Origin: Syntrophales bacterium
GTDB taxonomy: Bacteria; Desulfobacterota; Syntrophia; Syntrophales; UBA4778
DNA length: 64,000 nucleotides
Assembly (NCBI GenBank): GCA_963665615.2
Contig: CAXXQE010000006.1
Span: forward strand, 496,001-560,000
Direction: 5' to 3'
The notes beneath the pieces were generated by a model. It had not been told where the DNA came from, searched no databases, and saw nothing but the letters and a program-made list of their open reading frames with translations. Both the position numbers and the translations under genes were made by a program. Shown one piece after another: positions 18,935 to 28,204 of the stretch (positions within the stretch are counted from its first letter, which is position 1; every line of letters begins with the position of its first letter).

Positions 18935-20311
18935 CTACCCGTGAAGGCGAATCCCTTTCCAACGCCCTCTTTTAAACTGCCAGGCCATGATCACCCCCTG
19001 GCAACTCATGGAGATCACCATGGCCGTCCAGACGCCGAGGACGCCGAGGCCCACCCCGAGCGCCAAAAACGCCGCCAGTGGCACGCGGATCAGCCACATC
19101 GAGGCGACGATGACGCGCATGGTCGTGCGCGTGTCTCCCGCCCCCTGGAGCCCGCCCCCCAATACGGAACTCAGAGCCATGAAGGGTTCCGAGAGCATGT
19201 TGAACCGCAGGTAGCGTGCCGTCTCGGCAAGGACCGCCGGATCCGTCGTCAGCAGGGAGGCCAATCGCGCCGCCGTGAGAAAGATCGGCAAAGACAGGGC
19301 GCCGGTCACGGCTACCCCGACAGCGGCAATCGACCATCCCATTTTCTCTGCGCGCCTCGGTTGTCCCGCCCCGAGATTCTGTCCAACAACCACAGACGCC
19401 GCCATATTCAGGGCAAAAACCGGCAGGAAGATGATGGCCTCTATCCGCATGCCGTTGGCGAGCGCCGCCAGAGCCGCCAGACTCCCTTCGCGAAGTCGGC
19501 TCAGGATATGGTACAGGGCAAGGCCCGATATGTTCCACGCAACTTGGAGAAAGGCGGCGGGCCAGCCGATGGCGGCGATCTGACGCATGGTTCGCCAGGA
19601 ATAACCACCCGCGATGGAAAAGACCCCGCGCCAACGGGGGCTCGTTCGAAGGAAGGCCAGATTCATCCCGGTTCCCATAAGGGTTGCAATGGCCGTGGCC
19701 GCAGCAATGCCGGGCGCACCCCATTTTGGGAAAGGGCCGAGACCGAATACGAGAAGAAATTCCAGACCGATATTGACGATGCTCAAGACAAGCATGGTCG
19801 TCAGGGGTTTTTTGACCTCGGCACCGGCCCTGAAGACCGCGCCGGATATAATGAGAAGATAGTTCGGACCCAGGGCGAAGGCAAAGATCCGAAAGAACGT
19901 TTCAGCCAGATCGCGGAGAGGCGCGGGGAACCCGGCAATCTGTATGACAGGACGGCAAAACAGCAGACCCAGCCCCGTGGCCGCTACCGACAGCACCAGC
20001 CCCAGCAAGAGCGATTGCCTCGCCACCTCGACGGCCCGCCGGTCGTCTCCGGCACCGATCGCTCGGGAGATCAGGGCAAGGGTTCCGATGCTGATACCGT
20101 TAGCGATGATAATCACGAGGAAATAGAGTTGCGCGACAAACCCCACTGCCGCCTGGACAGTCGGACCGATCAGCCCGGCAACATAGACATCGGTGAACCC
20201 GACCAGGAAATTGAAAATCATCATGAGCAACATCGGCCAGGACAGCTGCCAGATGCCGCGCCAAACGCCACCGTCGGTTATGTTGATCGTTTTATCCTGT
20301 AAGGGGGCCAT
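18935..20311 (-). CDS. MATE family efflux transporter
   Basis: About 12 hydrophobic segments; LSWP, GQNLGA, LQGAGDT. Confidence 0.93.
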   Translation of the reverse strand: MAPLQDKTINITDGGVWRGIWQLSWPMLLMMIFNFLVGFTDVYVAGLIGPTVQAAVGFVAQLYFLVIIIANGISIGTLALISRAIGAGDDRRAVEVARQSLLLGLVLSVAATGLGLLFCRPVIQIAGFPAPLRDLAETFFRIFAFALGPNYLLIISGAVFRAGAEVKKPLTTMLVLSIVNIGLEFLLVFGLGPFPKWGAPGIAAATAIATLMGTGMNLAFLRTSPRWRGVFSIAGGYSWRTMRQIAAIGWPAAFLQVAWNISGLALYHILSRLREGSLAALAALANGMRIEAIIFLPVFALNMAASVVVGQNLGAGQPRRAEKMGWSIAAVGVAVTGALSLPIFLTAARLASLLTTDPAVLAETARYLRFNMLSEPFMALSSVLGGGLQGAGDTRTTMRVIVASMWLIRVPLAAFLALGVGLGVLGVWTAMVISMSCQGVIMAWQFKRGRWKGIRLHG

Positions 20312-20425
20312 TGGCGCCTTTGAGCGGGGGTTGAAGATTGAAGCGATGGGACAGAATCGCCGGAGACGCCGGGGACTCGGCATTCAGTCCGAGCCCCCGG
20401 TTATTTAAAGCGCACGCCAATCAGA

Positions 20426-21589
20426 CTAATACCGGAGGAGTGCGGCTAACTTCGCCTTTCCAGGCATCTCCTGCTGGGATAACTCATAGACGATCCCCTT
20501 GTTCAGGAAGGTGTAGATGGCAGATAGATCACAGAGATCTTCGCTGTCCTGCTCCTCCTGATCATGGAGGACAACATTGTTGTTGTCGGGATCGTAATGT
20601 CCCCACTGCCGCTGGTTGGCGGCGGTGAACAGCACGCCTGTCCTGCCGTGGTAACAGGCGGGGACAACGTCCTTCATCCCCGTCGCGCTTATGGGTGTTC
20701 CGGCCGACTGTCGAAACTGCTCGATCGCCTCCTGGCGAATTTGCCCATAGTGGTCCTGAACGATCCGCCAGGCCGCCTGCGCCAATTCATCCGCGCGCAA
20801 GGCATCGGGGTTGCCGATTACGGCATCGGTCAGCAGATGCCCATAGGCGTTGATCTCCCGGTATGCGGCAAAGAGATAGTCCACCCCGGCAAAGACCATC
20901 GGCGCCTGTTCGTCCTTCAAGTAGGCCTGAACGCTCCGCTCGATATCGTTGAGGAAACGCGCGACCTGTTCCTTGCTCTCATCCTGCCACCCGCCGTGGC
21001 CGTGGAAGAGCCCAGTTCCGCCGCCCCGCGTGCCCGGCAGATTGCGATGCTGGCGCTCCGTGACATCGTACTTCGTCGTATCCTCCAATTTTCTGGGAAG
21101 CTGTTTCGGCTCTACCTCGATGAGGCAGTCTCCCAGCCCCTGATAGAAATGCACGGCCTTTTTGCTGACACTCAGGACATAGTAGCGGTTGTTGCGATTG
21201 AACAGTGGCAACAGCGGCTGCAGCAGGAAGCGCTCTTTCACGTAAAGCGATTCGGCAAAGGCCAGGGGCAGCCTGTAGGAGCGGAAGACATTCCGACTGA
21301 TGAAAACAGCCAATCCATCGTTGAGTTGTTTCCAATAGGGGGTGTTTTTTTGCAAAGCCGCCGCAGGGGCCAGTATCTCCTCGATCTCCTGCGGACGCAT
21401 GCCATAGCCGCCAAGCCGTTCGGCCGCGTGTCGCATCAGGTTTTTAAATCGGATCTGATTCTGCTGCATGTCCGCGCCGACCCATGCCGTCGGCAGATAC
21501 GCCGATACGCATGGCTGGCCGGACCGCTCGGCTAAAAGGATTAATTCATCTCGGGTCATCGCATCTTGCCTGGTTAACGCATCCGTCAT
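20426..21589 (-). CDS. Bacterial archaeo-eukaryotic release factor (baeRF)-like protein
   Basis: CVSAYLPT, NQIRFKNL, GLAVF, FHGHG, GNPD, C-terminal AALLRY pattern typical of aeRF1-fold bacterial proteins. Confidence 0.75.
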   Translation of the reverse strand: MTDALTRQDAMTRDELILLAERSGQPCVSAYLPTAWVGADMQQNQIRFKNLMRHAAERLGGYGMRPQEIEEILAPAAALQKNTPYWKQLNDGLAVFISRNVFRSYRLPLAFAESLYVKERFLLQPLLPLFNRNNRYYVLSVSKKAVHFYQGLGDCLIEVEPKQLPRKLEDTTKYDVTERQHRNLPGTRGGGTGLFHGHGGWQDESKEQVARFLNDIERSVQAYLKDEQAPMVFAGVDYLFAAYREINAYGHLLTDAVIGNPDALRADELAQAAWRIVQDHYGQIRQEAIEQFRQSAGTPISATGMKDVVPACYHGRTGVLFTAANQRQWGHYDPDNNNVVLHDQEEQDSEDLCDLSAIYTFLNKGIVYELSQQEMPGKAKLAALLRY

Positions 21590-21772
21590 AAGTGACACCT
21601 CCCAATGACATTCATACATAAAAACCCTGAAAAAATACGACACCATTTGTTACCAAGAACTGGATACAAGCGAAGTGATCTACAGGATGGACTGCGGAGA
21701 AGAAAGATAAGACGTGGAACCTTCACGGAAGATCTCCTCAAGTTCGAACCCCTTCACGTCGAAGTTGATTTT

Positions 21773-21801
21773 ATTGTAATGAAAGGCTGCGTGGATGTCA
21801 A
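21773..21801 (-). promoter_or_regulatory. Near-consensus sigma70 promoter
   Basis: Minus strand TTGACA-N17-TACAAT. Confidence 0.7.
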
Positions 21802-21855
21802 TTTCTATCGAGTCAGAAAAGGAATGTGATGCGGCGGGGTCGCTTCTTTCAGGTT

Positions 21856-22542
21856 TCAGGAGAGTTTCTTTTCAGCCCGGGCCAGCTCTTCGAGAGCATG
21901 CCGGTCGGTAATCCGGATCGCATTTCTGTCCATTTTGATCAACCCCTGACGCATCATTTTAGTCATGATGCGCGACAACGTCTCGGGGATCGTCCCGATC
22001 AGCGCCGCCAACTGCCCCTTGGTAATCTCCAACTGAACGTCGGCTGCACCTTTTTGGCAATCGCTCAGGTAAAGCAGGTGGGCCGCCAGACGACTGGGCA
22101 CCTCCCGGAGGGACAGATCCTCAATGAGACCCGAAAACTTATGGAGCCGCCAGGAGAGCGTTGCCAGCATATTGAGGGCCAGGGACGGATCACGCTTGAT
22201 CAAACCGATAAAGGCATCCCTGGGGAAGAAAAGCGCTTCTGCCTTCGTCTGGGCCTCGGCATTGGCAGGATAGCCGCAGCCGGTAAAGACAGCGACCTCT
22301 CCGAAGACATCTCCGGGCCCGAAGAAGTGAAAGATCTGTTCCTTGCCTTCGGGAGAGATTTTGAAGACTTTGATCCGGCCGGACACCACGGTAAAAAAAC
22401 CATCGCCTGGATCCCCGTCGGAGAAGACCACCTGGTCCTTTCGGTAGTGCCGATCGACGGCAATCCGAGCCAGTTCGTCCCGCTGAACAGGAGACAGCCC
22501 TTCGAAGAGCGGCGTTTCGGCAATGACCTTAGCAATATCCAT
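21856..22542 (-). CDS. Crp/Fnr-family transcriptional regulator (HcpR/Dnr-like)
   Basis: cNMP barrel (GDVFGE) and HTH LAALIGTIPETLSR; no N-terminal Cys cluster. Confidence 0.94.
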   Translation of the reverse strand: MDIAKVIAETPLFEGLSPVQRDELARIAVDRHYRKDQVVFSDGDPGDGFFTVVSGRIKVFKISPEGKEQIFHFFGPGDVFGEVAVFTGCGYPANAEAQTKAEALFFPRDAFIGLIKRDPSLALNMLATLSWRLHKFSGLIEDLSLREVPSRLAAHLLYLSDCQKGAADVQLEITKGQLAALIGTIPETLSRIMTKMMRQGLIKMDRNAIRITDRHALEELARAEKKLS

Positions 22543-22565
22543 AGCGTCCTACTTACCATTCGGGA

Positions 22566-22590
22566 AGTGAACAGTAAATAGTAAATAGTG
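22566..22590. repeat. Heptamer tandem array
   Basis: AGTGAAC AGTAAAT AGTAAAT AGTG. Confidence 0.6.
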
Positions 22591-22597
22591 CAGAGAA

Positions 22598-22639
22598 TTG
22601 ACTTAGATCAAGGAACTCTCTCACTAATGGCGTTATAAA
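22598..22639 (+). promoter_or_regulatory. FNR/Dnr-type box and -10 element (class II activated promoter)
   Basis: TTGACTTAGATCAA at 22598-22611; TATAAA at 22634-22639. Confidence 0.75.
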
Positions 22640-22668
22640 GAAATCAAACAGAGGGGAGGAGGGAGACC

Positions 22669-23466
22669 ATGAAAACCACGCGAAAAATTATCCGGATCGA
22701 TGAAGATAAATGCAACGGCTGCGGCCTATGCGTCCCCAGCTGCGCGGAGGGCGCCATCCAGATCGTCGACGGCAAGGCACGGTTGGTCGCCGACCGCTAT
22801 TGCGACGGTCTCGGCGCCTGCCTGGGGCAGTGCCCCCTGGACGCGCTGACGGTTGTCGATGACGAGGCAGAGCCCTTTGACGAAGCGGCTGTCCATGAGC
22901 ATCTGAAGGTTCTGAAAGAAAAGAAGGAAGCCCCGCCTGCGTTCGACCGTCCCGGATTCGTCCCCAAGCCGGAAGAAGCCGCGCCGGAGCCTGAAAGGCT
23001 GGCCTGCGGCTGTCCGTCGGCGATGGTCCGGAGTTTCGAACCCGCGACGCCGACACCCTGTAGCGACGGCGAAACAACACCAAAAACGCCACTGGCGTCG
23101 GAACTCCGGCATTGGCCGGTTCAGATCAGCCTCGTGCCGCCTACGGCGTCTTTTCTGAAGGGCGCGAATCTGCTGGTCGCGGCGGATTGTACGCCGGTCG
23201 CCTATCCGGCCTTTCACCGCGACCTGCTCAAGGGGAAGGTCGTCTTGATGGGTTGTCCCAAGCTGGACAACACCGAGGCCTATCTCCAGAAATTCGTCGC
23301 CATCTTTGAGCAGGCCGATATCAAAAGCATCACGGCAGTCGTCATGGAAGTCCCGTGCTGCCGGGGGCTTCCGATGATCCTCCAGCGCGCTATGGCCCTG
23401 ACAGGCAAAGAAATCCCCATGGAAACAGTCGTCATTTCGACGGACGGTCGCATGCTGGATCGCTGA
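22669..23466 (+). CDS. 4Fe-4S binding protein (type often found with hcp)
   Basis: CNGCGLCVPSC, CDGLGACLGQCP, GCPS, WPVQ, ADC, GCPKLD, MEVPCC. Confidence 0.9.
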   Translation: MKTTRKIIRIDEDKCNGCGLCVPSCAEGAIQIVDGKARLVADRYCDGLGACLGQCPLDALTVVDDEAEPFDEAAVHEHLKVLKEKKEAPPAFDRPGFVPKPEEAAPEPERLACGCPSAMVRSFEPATPTPCSDGETTPKTPLASELRHWPVQISLVPPTASFLKGANLLVAADCTPVAYPAFHRDLLKGKVVLMGCPKLDNTEAYLQKFVAIFEQADIKSITAVVMEVPCCRGLPMILQRAMALTGKEIPMETVVISTDGRMLDR

Positions 23467-23623
23467 GAATAAGATAAAACGTTTCCCCATGCAGGCTGTC
23501 GGATCGATTTCCGTGAAACGGGGAGGATCCGCAGCCTGCCCTTTCCATGAAGGGCAATGTGCTTGCCCACATTTGATGGATCTCTTCGTTGCGGTCACGA
23601 CCGACGGGGATGAGGATGAACCT

Positions 23624-23689
23624 GTGTCGACTCATCAATATCCACACGTTGTTATTGTCGGGGCTGGTTTTAGCGGACGGTGGGCCGCT
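23624..23689 (+). pseudogene. N-terminal remnant of an FAD-dependent oxidoreductase (NDH-2-like)
   Basis: GAGGA RBS, GTG, then STHQYPHVVIVGAGFSGRWAA; similarity stops before a terminator. Confidence 0.6.
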
Positions 23690-23708
23690 TCCCCTCAGGA
23701 GGCATCGC

Positions 23709-23746
23709 AAAAAAAAGGCAGCGCCAGTTCCTCCGGCGCTGCCTTT
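23709..23746 (-). terminator. Intrinsic terminator of the PEP-CTERM gene
   Basis: AAAGGCAGCGCC/GGCGCTGCCTTT stem with a T8 run on the minus strand. Confidence 0.85.
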
Positions 23747-23766
23747 GCCTGCAACAAAAATCGTGT

Positions 23767-24420
23767 CTAGGCTTTCAGCTTCCTTCGAACGCCCGCCAGG
23801 CCAAGCAGTCCCAGCCCCAGAAGCCACATCGAGGCAGGCTCAGGCACTTGATGGTAGAGTTGATTCTGGATATCGCACCGGCCTGAGACGATATGGAGAA
23901 CCTGGGTGTCCCATGCATGCTGCAGTGCGGGCGTATTCTTAAAGGATTCCCAGTCCGTGTCCCACAGATAGGTTCCCAGGTTCTTGTAAGATCCTTCTCC
24001 CTGCAGATACCACAGCAGATACTGCAGATCAGCCTGGGCCGTCTTGGAGGTCAATTGCGAGGCGTAGGCTCCCGTTGCATAGCGGTAGAAGAGGTAATCA
24101 ACGGCCAGATTCAGCGGCCCTGTTCCGGGCAGCGATTTGTTGTAATAGCCGACGGATGGGGATATGTCGGCAATCAGATACCATTGGTTTGCATAAATAT
24201 AGACATTTTCCTGGATGCAAAAGGTCTCGTAATAGCCCTTAACCTTGCCGCCTTGCGTGTCTGATACCGCAAAGGTCATCAGGCCGGCGCTATCGACGCT
24301 GTTGTAGGAAACGAGCTTGACCCAGTCGCCGCTTTCAATCATTGTCGTCGCCATGGCCGATGGCACCGTCAACAGACATAAAACCATTATTCCAAAAAGG
24401 ACTATCGCTATTTTCTTCAT
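23767..24420 (-). CDS. PEP-CTERM sorting domain protein
   Basis: Signal peptide MKKIAIV...AMA; C-terminal VPEPASMWLLGLGLLGLAGVRRKLKA. Confidence 0.95.
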   Translation of the reverse strand: MKKIAIVLFGIMVLCLLTVPSAMATTMIESGDWVKLVSYNSVDSAGLMTFAVSDTQGGKVKGYYETFCIQENVYIYANQWYLIADISPSVGYYNKSLPGTGPLNLAVDYLFYRYATGAYASQLTSKTAQADLQYLLWYLQGEGSYKNLGTYLWDTDWESFKNTPALQHAWDTQVLHIVSGRCDIQNQLYHQVPEPASMWLLGLGLLGLAGVRRKLKA

Positions 24421-24463
24421 TGAAAAACCCCCTGTCGATGCATTACAGTCTTTACTTGGATCT

Positions 24464-24479
24464 AGCAAGACTGGTGCCA
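24464..24479 (-). promoter_or_regulatory. sigma54 promoter of the PEP-CTERM gene
   Basis: Minus strand TGGCAC-CAGTC-TTGCT. Confidence 0.88.
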
Positions 24480-24608
24480 CAATGTAATACACTACGATCT
24501 CTTTCCAAGAGCCATGCTTAATATATTATAATTAAACAATATATTTATATTTCATAGCGATATGAAATGCATACTCAACTTAACTAGTAATTAATGAATG
24601 TAATACAT

Positions 24609-24724
24609 TGTAAATCATTCCGACAGATTTGACTTCAACCAAAGGATCCACACCGCTTTTTTTGAAAATTCTAATTTATTTTAATGTGTTACGAAATATA
24701 TTGATTTTGTAAAACAGATCGACA
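24609..24724. promoter_or_regulatory. Two putative enhancer-binding (PrsR-type) sites
   Basis: TGTAAA-N5-CCGACA at 24609-24625 and TGTAAA-N5-TCGACA at 24708-24724. Confidence 0.65.
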
Positions 24725-24795
24725 CTGCAATAGGGCAGACGGCTGGGAAAAAGAATGGATAGGGAACCATGAAAGGAATACAGCTCTGGAGGATA

Positions 24796-25284
24796 CTACA
24801 TCAAATAAGCCTGAAGCGCCTGATAGGACTTGAAATCGGCATCTTCAAAGCAAGCGCCGACGTGAACCCGATCCCCCGACTCGACAATCCGTTTTGACTG
24901 ACAGGTCATATGGATCAGCTTATTCTCCGCGGGCAAGGTAAAGATGAGCTCGAATCTGGTGCCTTCCGATCCAATAGGAACCGGATACTTCTCGTCCTTG
25001 GCGATGTCAACGCCAACCCCGCCCAAAGAGATCTCACCAATCGAGCCAACGGCCATCCTGCCGAATTCCTCCTGGTTAATGACGACGGGAACGGAGAGCG
25101 TCTTTCTTGGATAACGGCGCCTATTCGCGTCAGTGCCGTAAAACGCCTTCCTTTCCTTAAGGTAACCGGTCAGGGCCATATCAATCAGGGATGAAATGGA
25201 TCGCTTCTCTTCCTTGGCCACCTTCGCGAGGGCGGTATACAATTCCTTGTTCGCCCGGAAAGAAATCGTACTATCTTTCGTCAT
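24796..25284 (-). CDS. Ribbon-helix-helix plus PilZ domain protein
   Basis: TISFR...LAKVAKEEKRSISSLI (RHH); RRRYPR and EISLGG (PilZ motifs). Confidence 0.8.
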   Translation of the reverse strand: MTKDSTISFRANKELYTALAKVAKEEKRSISSLIDMALTGYLKERKAFYGTDANRRRYPRKTLSVPVVINQEEFGRMAVGSIGEISLGGVGVDIAKDEKYPVPIGSEGTRFELIFTLPAENKLIHMTCQSKRIVESGDRVHVGACFEDADFKSYQALQAYLM

Positions 25285-25341
25285 GTGAACGCCTCGCCCT
25301 TGGATTTGATGCCTGCACTTTTTTTAATTTTAAAAATAAAA

Positions 25342-25356
25342 GCATAAAATGTGCCC
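25342..25356 (-). promoter_or_regulatory. Possible sigma54 promoter of the RHH-PilZ gene
   Basis: Minus strand GGGCAC-ATTTT-ATGC, GG-N10-GC spacing kept. Confidence 0.45.
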
Positions 25357-25676
25357 GTCCGCTCGTTTGCCCAAAACGCAACCGCCATCTCATTATATTT
25401 ACTCGTCATTCCACTGACCTTCCAAACAATGACGAACATAACAGGCGTTTTCTTTATACAATGCCTGCATCGAGTTGTAAAGAATTCCGATACTGGCTCC
25501 TCCGACGCCTTGCCCAGACCGGTTCGTTTGACCGCCATCGTGATCGAAGAGAAGGGACATGCCGGTGAGCCGCAATCCATGATGCCATTTTTTCGACGTT
25601 GTGATATGGGTAACATGCATCGGCTGCTGGAAGTCCGTTGCAGACAAAACAACCTTCGCCGGCAAAGGAATCAAAC

Positions 25677-26426
25677 ATGAAGAAACTCGTATTGCTACGC
25701 CACGGAGAAAGCCTGTGGAATATGGAGAACCGATTTACCGGATGGGTCGACGTTGGCCTGAGCGAAAAGGGGATCCATGAGGCACAGGCCGCAGCACAGA
25801 TTTTGAGAGAAGAAGGTTTCACTTTTGACGTAGCCTATACCTCCCTTCTGAAACGGGCGATCAAGACCCTCTGGATCGTCCTGGAGGGAATGGATCTCAT
25901 GTGGATCCCTGTCCATCGGACTTGGCGACTCAACGAACGCCACTACGGCGCCTTGCAGGGCCTCAACAAGGCTGAGACGGCCGCACGACACGGCGCCGAT
26001 CAGGTTCAACTCTGGCGCCGCAGCTACGATGTGCCGCCGCCCGCCCTTGGACTGAACGATCCGATGTACCCGGGAAAGGACCCTCGCTATGCCGCGCTAA
26101 AACCGGAGGAACTCCCCAGGACAGAATGTCTCAAGGATACGGTCGGACGCGTCCTTCCGTTCTGGGACGACACCATCGCCCCAATGATTCGTTCGGGGCA
26201 GCGGGTTCTGATCGCCGCGCACGGCAACAGCCTCAGGGCTCTCGTCAAGCACCTCGACGGCATCTCCGACGAGGCCATTGCAGAGTTGAACATTCCCACG
26301 GGGATTCCGCTGGTCTATGAACTGGAGGACGGCCTGCGCCCGATCCGCAGTTACTACCTCGGCGACCCGGATGCAATCGCAAAGGCCACCCAGGCCGTCG
26401 CGGATCAATTGAAGAAAAAGGACTAA
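25677..26426 (+). CDS. gpmA: 2,3-bisphosphoglycerate-dependent phosphoglycerate mutase
   Basis: [27 protein letters not shown]. Confidence 0.97.
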   Translation: MKKLVLLRHGESLWNMENRFTGWVDVGLSEKGIHEAQAAAQILREEGFTFDVAYTSLLKRAIKTLWIVLEGMDLMWIPVHRTWRLNERHYGALQGLNKAETAARHGADQVQLWRRSYDVPPPALGLNDPMYPGKDPRYAALKPEELPRTECLKDTVGRVLPFWDDTIAPMIRSGQRVLIAAHGNSLRALVKHLDGISDEAIAELNIPTGIPLVYELEDGLRPIRSYYLGDPDAIAKATQAVADQLKKKD

Positions 26427-26451
26427 CCATACAAACAAGGAGGCTTCGCCT

Positions 26452-28113
26452 GTGACACACGCACTCGCCGGAAAGCCGGTTCCTCGGAATATGTTGGCCA
26501 ATATTCCCCGGGTCGTTGCCGCCTACTACGCCCTGGCCCCTGATCCCGCAGACCCCGACCAGCGGGTCGTCTTCGGGACGTCCGGGCACCGGGGCTCATC
26601 GCTCAAGGGGAGTTTCAACGAACGTCACATCCTTGCGGTCAGTCAGGCGGTGTGCGACTTTCGCAAGGCAAAGGGCATTTCCGGCCCGCTCTTTATGGGC
26701 ATGGATACCCATGCCCTGTCCGAATCCGCCTTTATCAGCGCCCTGGAGGTCCTCGCCGCCAACGGTGTCACTGTAATGATCCAGGAAGGACTCGGCTACA
26801 CGCCGACCCCCGTCATCTCCCACGCGATTCTTTCCTATAACAGGGGGCGAACGGATGGTCTCGCCGACGGCATCGTCATCACCCCGTCGCACAACCCGCC
26901 CGAGGACGGCGGCTTCAAATACAATCCGCCTCAAGGCGGTCCCGCGGAGCCTGCCGTCACGAACGCCATTGAAACCAGAGCCAATCAACTGATCGCCGAG
27001 GGTTGCACAGGCGTCAAACGGATGCCTTACAGCCAGGCTCTCAAGGCAGCGACAACCAAACACTACGACTACATCGCGCCCTACGTGGCGGAGCTGGACA
27101 ACGTTGTCGACATGGAGGCCATCGCCCACTCGGGGCTCCGGATCGGCGTCGACCCCCTTGGCGGCTCCGCATTGCCCTTCTGGGACCCCATCGCCGAACG
27201 TTTCAACGTGAACCTCACCGTCGTCAACCGCACCGTGGACCCGGCCTTCACCTTCATGACCCTCGACAAGGACGGCAAGATCCGGATGGACTGTTCCTCT
27301 CCGTACGCGATGACCGGCCTCGTCGCGCTCAAGGATACCTACGATGTGGCCTTCGGCAACGACACCGACGCTGATCGTCACGGGATCGTCACCCGGTCGG
27401 CGGGGCTCCTCAACCCCAACCACTACCTGGCCGTCGCTATCTGGTACCTCTTTCAGAACCGGCCCGGATGGCGTGCCGACGCTGCCGTCGGCAAGACCCT
27501 GGTGTCGAGCGCCATGATCGATCGCGTGACCGCCTCGCTCGGCCGCAGGCTCTGCGAGGTCCCTGTGGGCTTCAAGTGGTTCGTCGACGGGCTTCTCGAC
27601 GGCTCCTATGGATTCGGCGGCGAGGAGAGCGCCGGCGCGAGTTTTCTGAGGCGCGACGGCAGCGTCTGGAGCACTGACAAAGACGGACTCATCATGGGAC
27701 TCCTGGCCTGCGAGATCACCGCCCGGATGGGCAAAGACCCTGGCGAGATCTACCGGGACCTGACCAAAAAATTCGGCAATCCCGTCTATGAGCGGATCGA
27801 TGCCGTTGCCACCCATGCGCAGAAGAAGATCCTGCAGAATCTATCGCCCGACAGCATTGCCGTCGACCGTCTCGTAGGTGAACCCATCACCGCGCGTCTG
27901 ACCCATGCGCCGGGAAACGGCGCCGCCATCGGCGGCCTCAAGATCACCGCCGAAAACGGCTGGTTCGCCGCGCGCCCCTCCGGCACCGAAGAAATCTACA
28001 AGATCTACGCCGAGAGTTTCAAGGGGCCTGCGCATCTCGAACAGATCAAGGCCGAGGCGCAAGACATTGTCAGCGCCGCGTTTAAAAAGGCTGCGCTGCT
28101 GACGCCGCAGTAA
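26452..28113 (+). CDS. pgm: Phosphoglucomutase (alpha-D-glucose-1,6-bisphosphate dependent)
   Basis: [32 protein letters not shown]. Confidence 0.97.
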   Translation: MTHALAGKPVPRNMLANIPRVVAAYYALAPDPADPDQRVVFGTSGHRGSSLKGSFNERHILAVSQAVCDFRKAKGISGPLFMGMDTHALSESAFISALEVLAANGVTVMIQEGLGYTPTPVISHAILSYNRGRTDGLADGIVITPSHNPPEDGGFKYNPPQGGPAEPAVTNAIETRANQLIAEGCTGVKRMPYSQALKAATTKHYDYIAPYVAELDNVVDMEAIAHSGLRIGVDPLGGSALPFWDPIAERFNVNLTVVNRTVDPAFTFMTLDKDGKIRMDCSSPYAMTGLVALKDTYDVAFGNDTDADRHGIVTRSAGLLNPNHYLAVAIWYLFQNRPGWRADAAVGKTLVSSAMIDRVTASLGRRLCEVPVGFKWFVDGLLDGSYGFGGEESAGASFLRRDGSVWSTDKDGLIMGLLACEITARMGKDPGEIYRDLTKKFGNPVYERIDAVATHAQKKILQNLSPDSIAVDRLVGEPITARLTHAPGNGAAIGGLKITAENGWFAARPSGTEEIYKIYAESFKGPAHLEQIKAEAQDIVSAAFKKAALLTPQ

Positions 28114-28204
28114 CGGGTGACATATCAAATGCAGTTTTGCTTTATATCGTCTCCGGAACGATAATGCCGGATGGATACGAGCTGTAAAAGACAAGGAGGT
28201 CAAT

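Noticed and set aside
21735..21755. GTTCGAACCCC resembling a tRNA T-loop
   Set aside because: No acceptor, D or anticodon stems can be built around it
25355..25385. Minus-strand GGGCAAAC as a possible c-di-GMP-I riboswitch
   Set aside because: Lacks the GNRA-capped P2 and the downstream GCAAAGC/P3 elements
25281..25680. Several overlapping short ORFs upstream of gpmA
   Set aside because: No motifs, mutually overlapping, and the region looks like divergent promoter DNA
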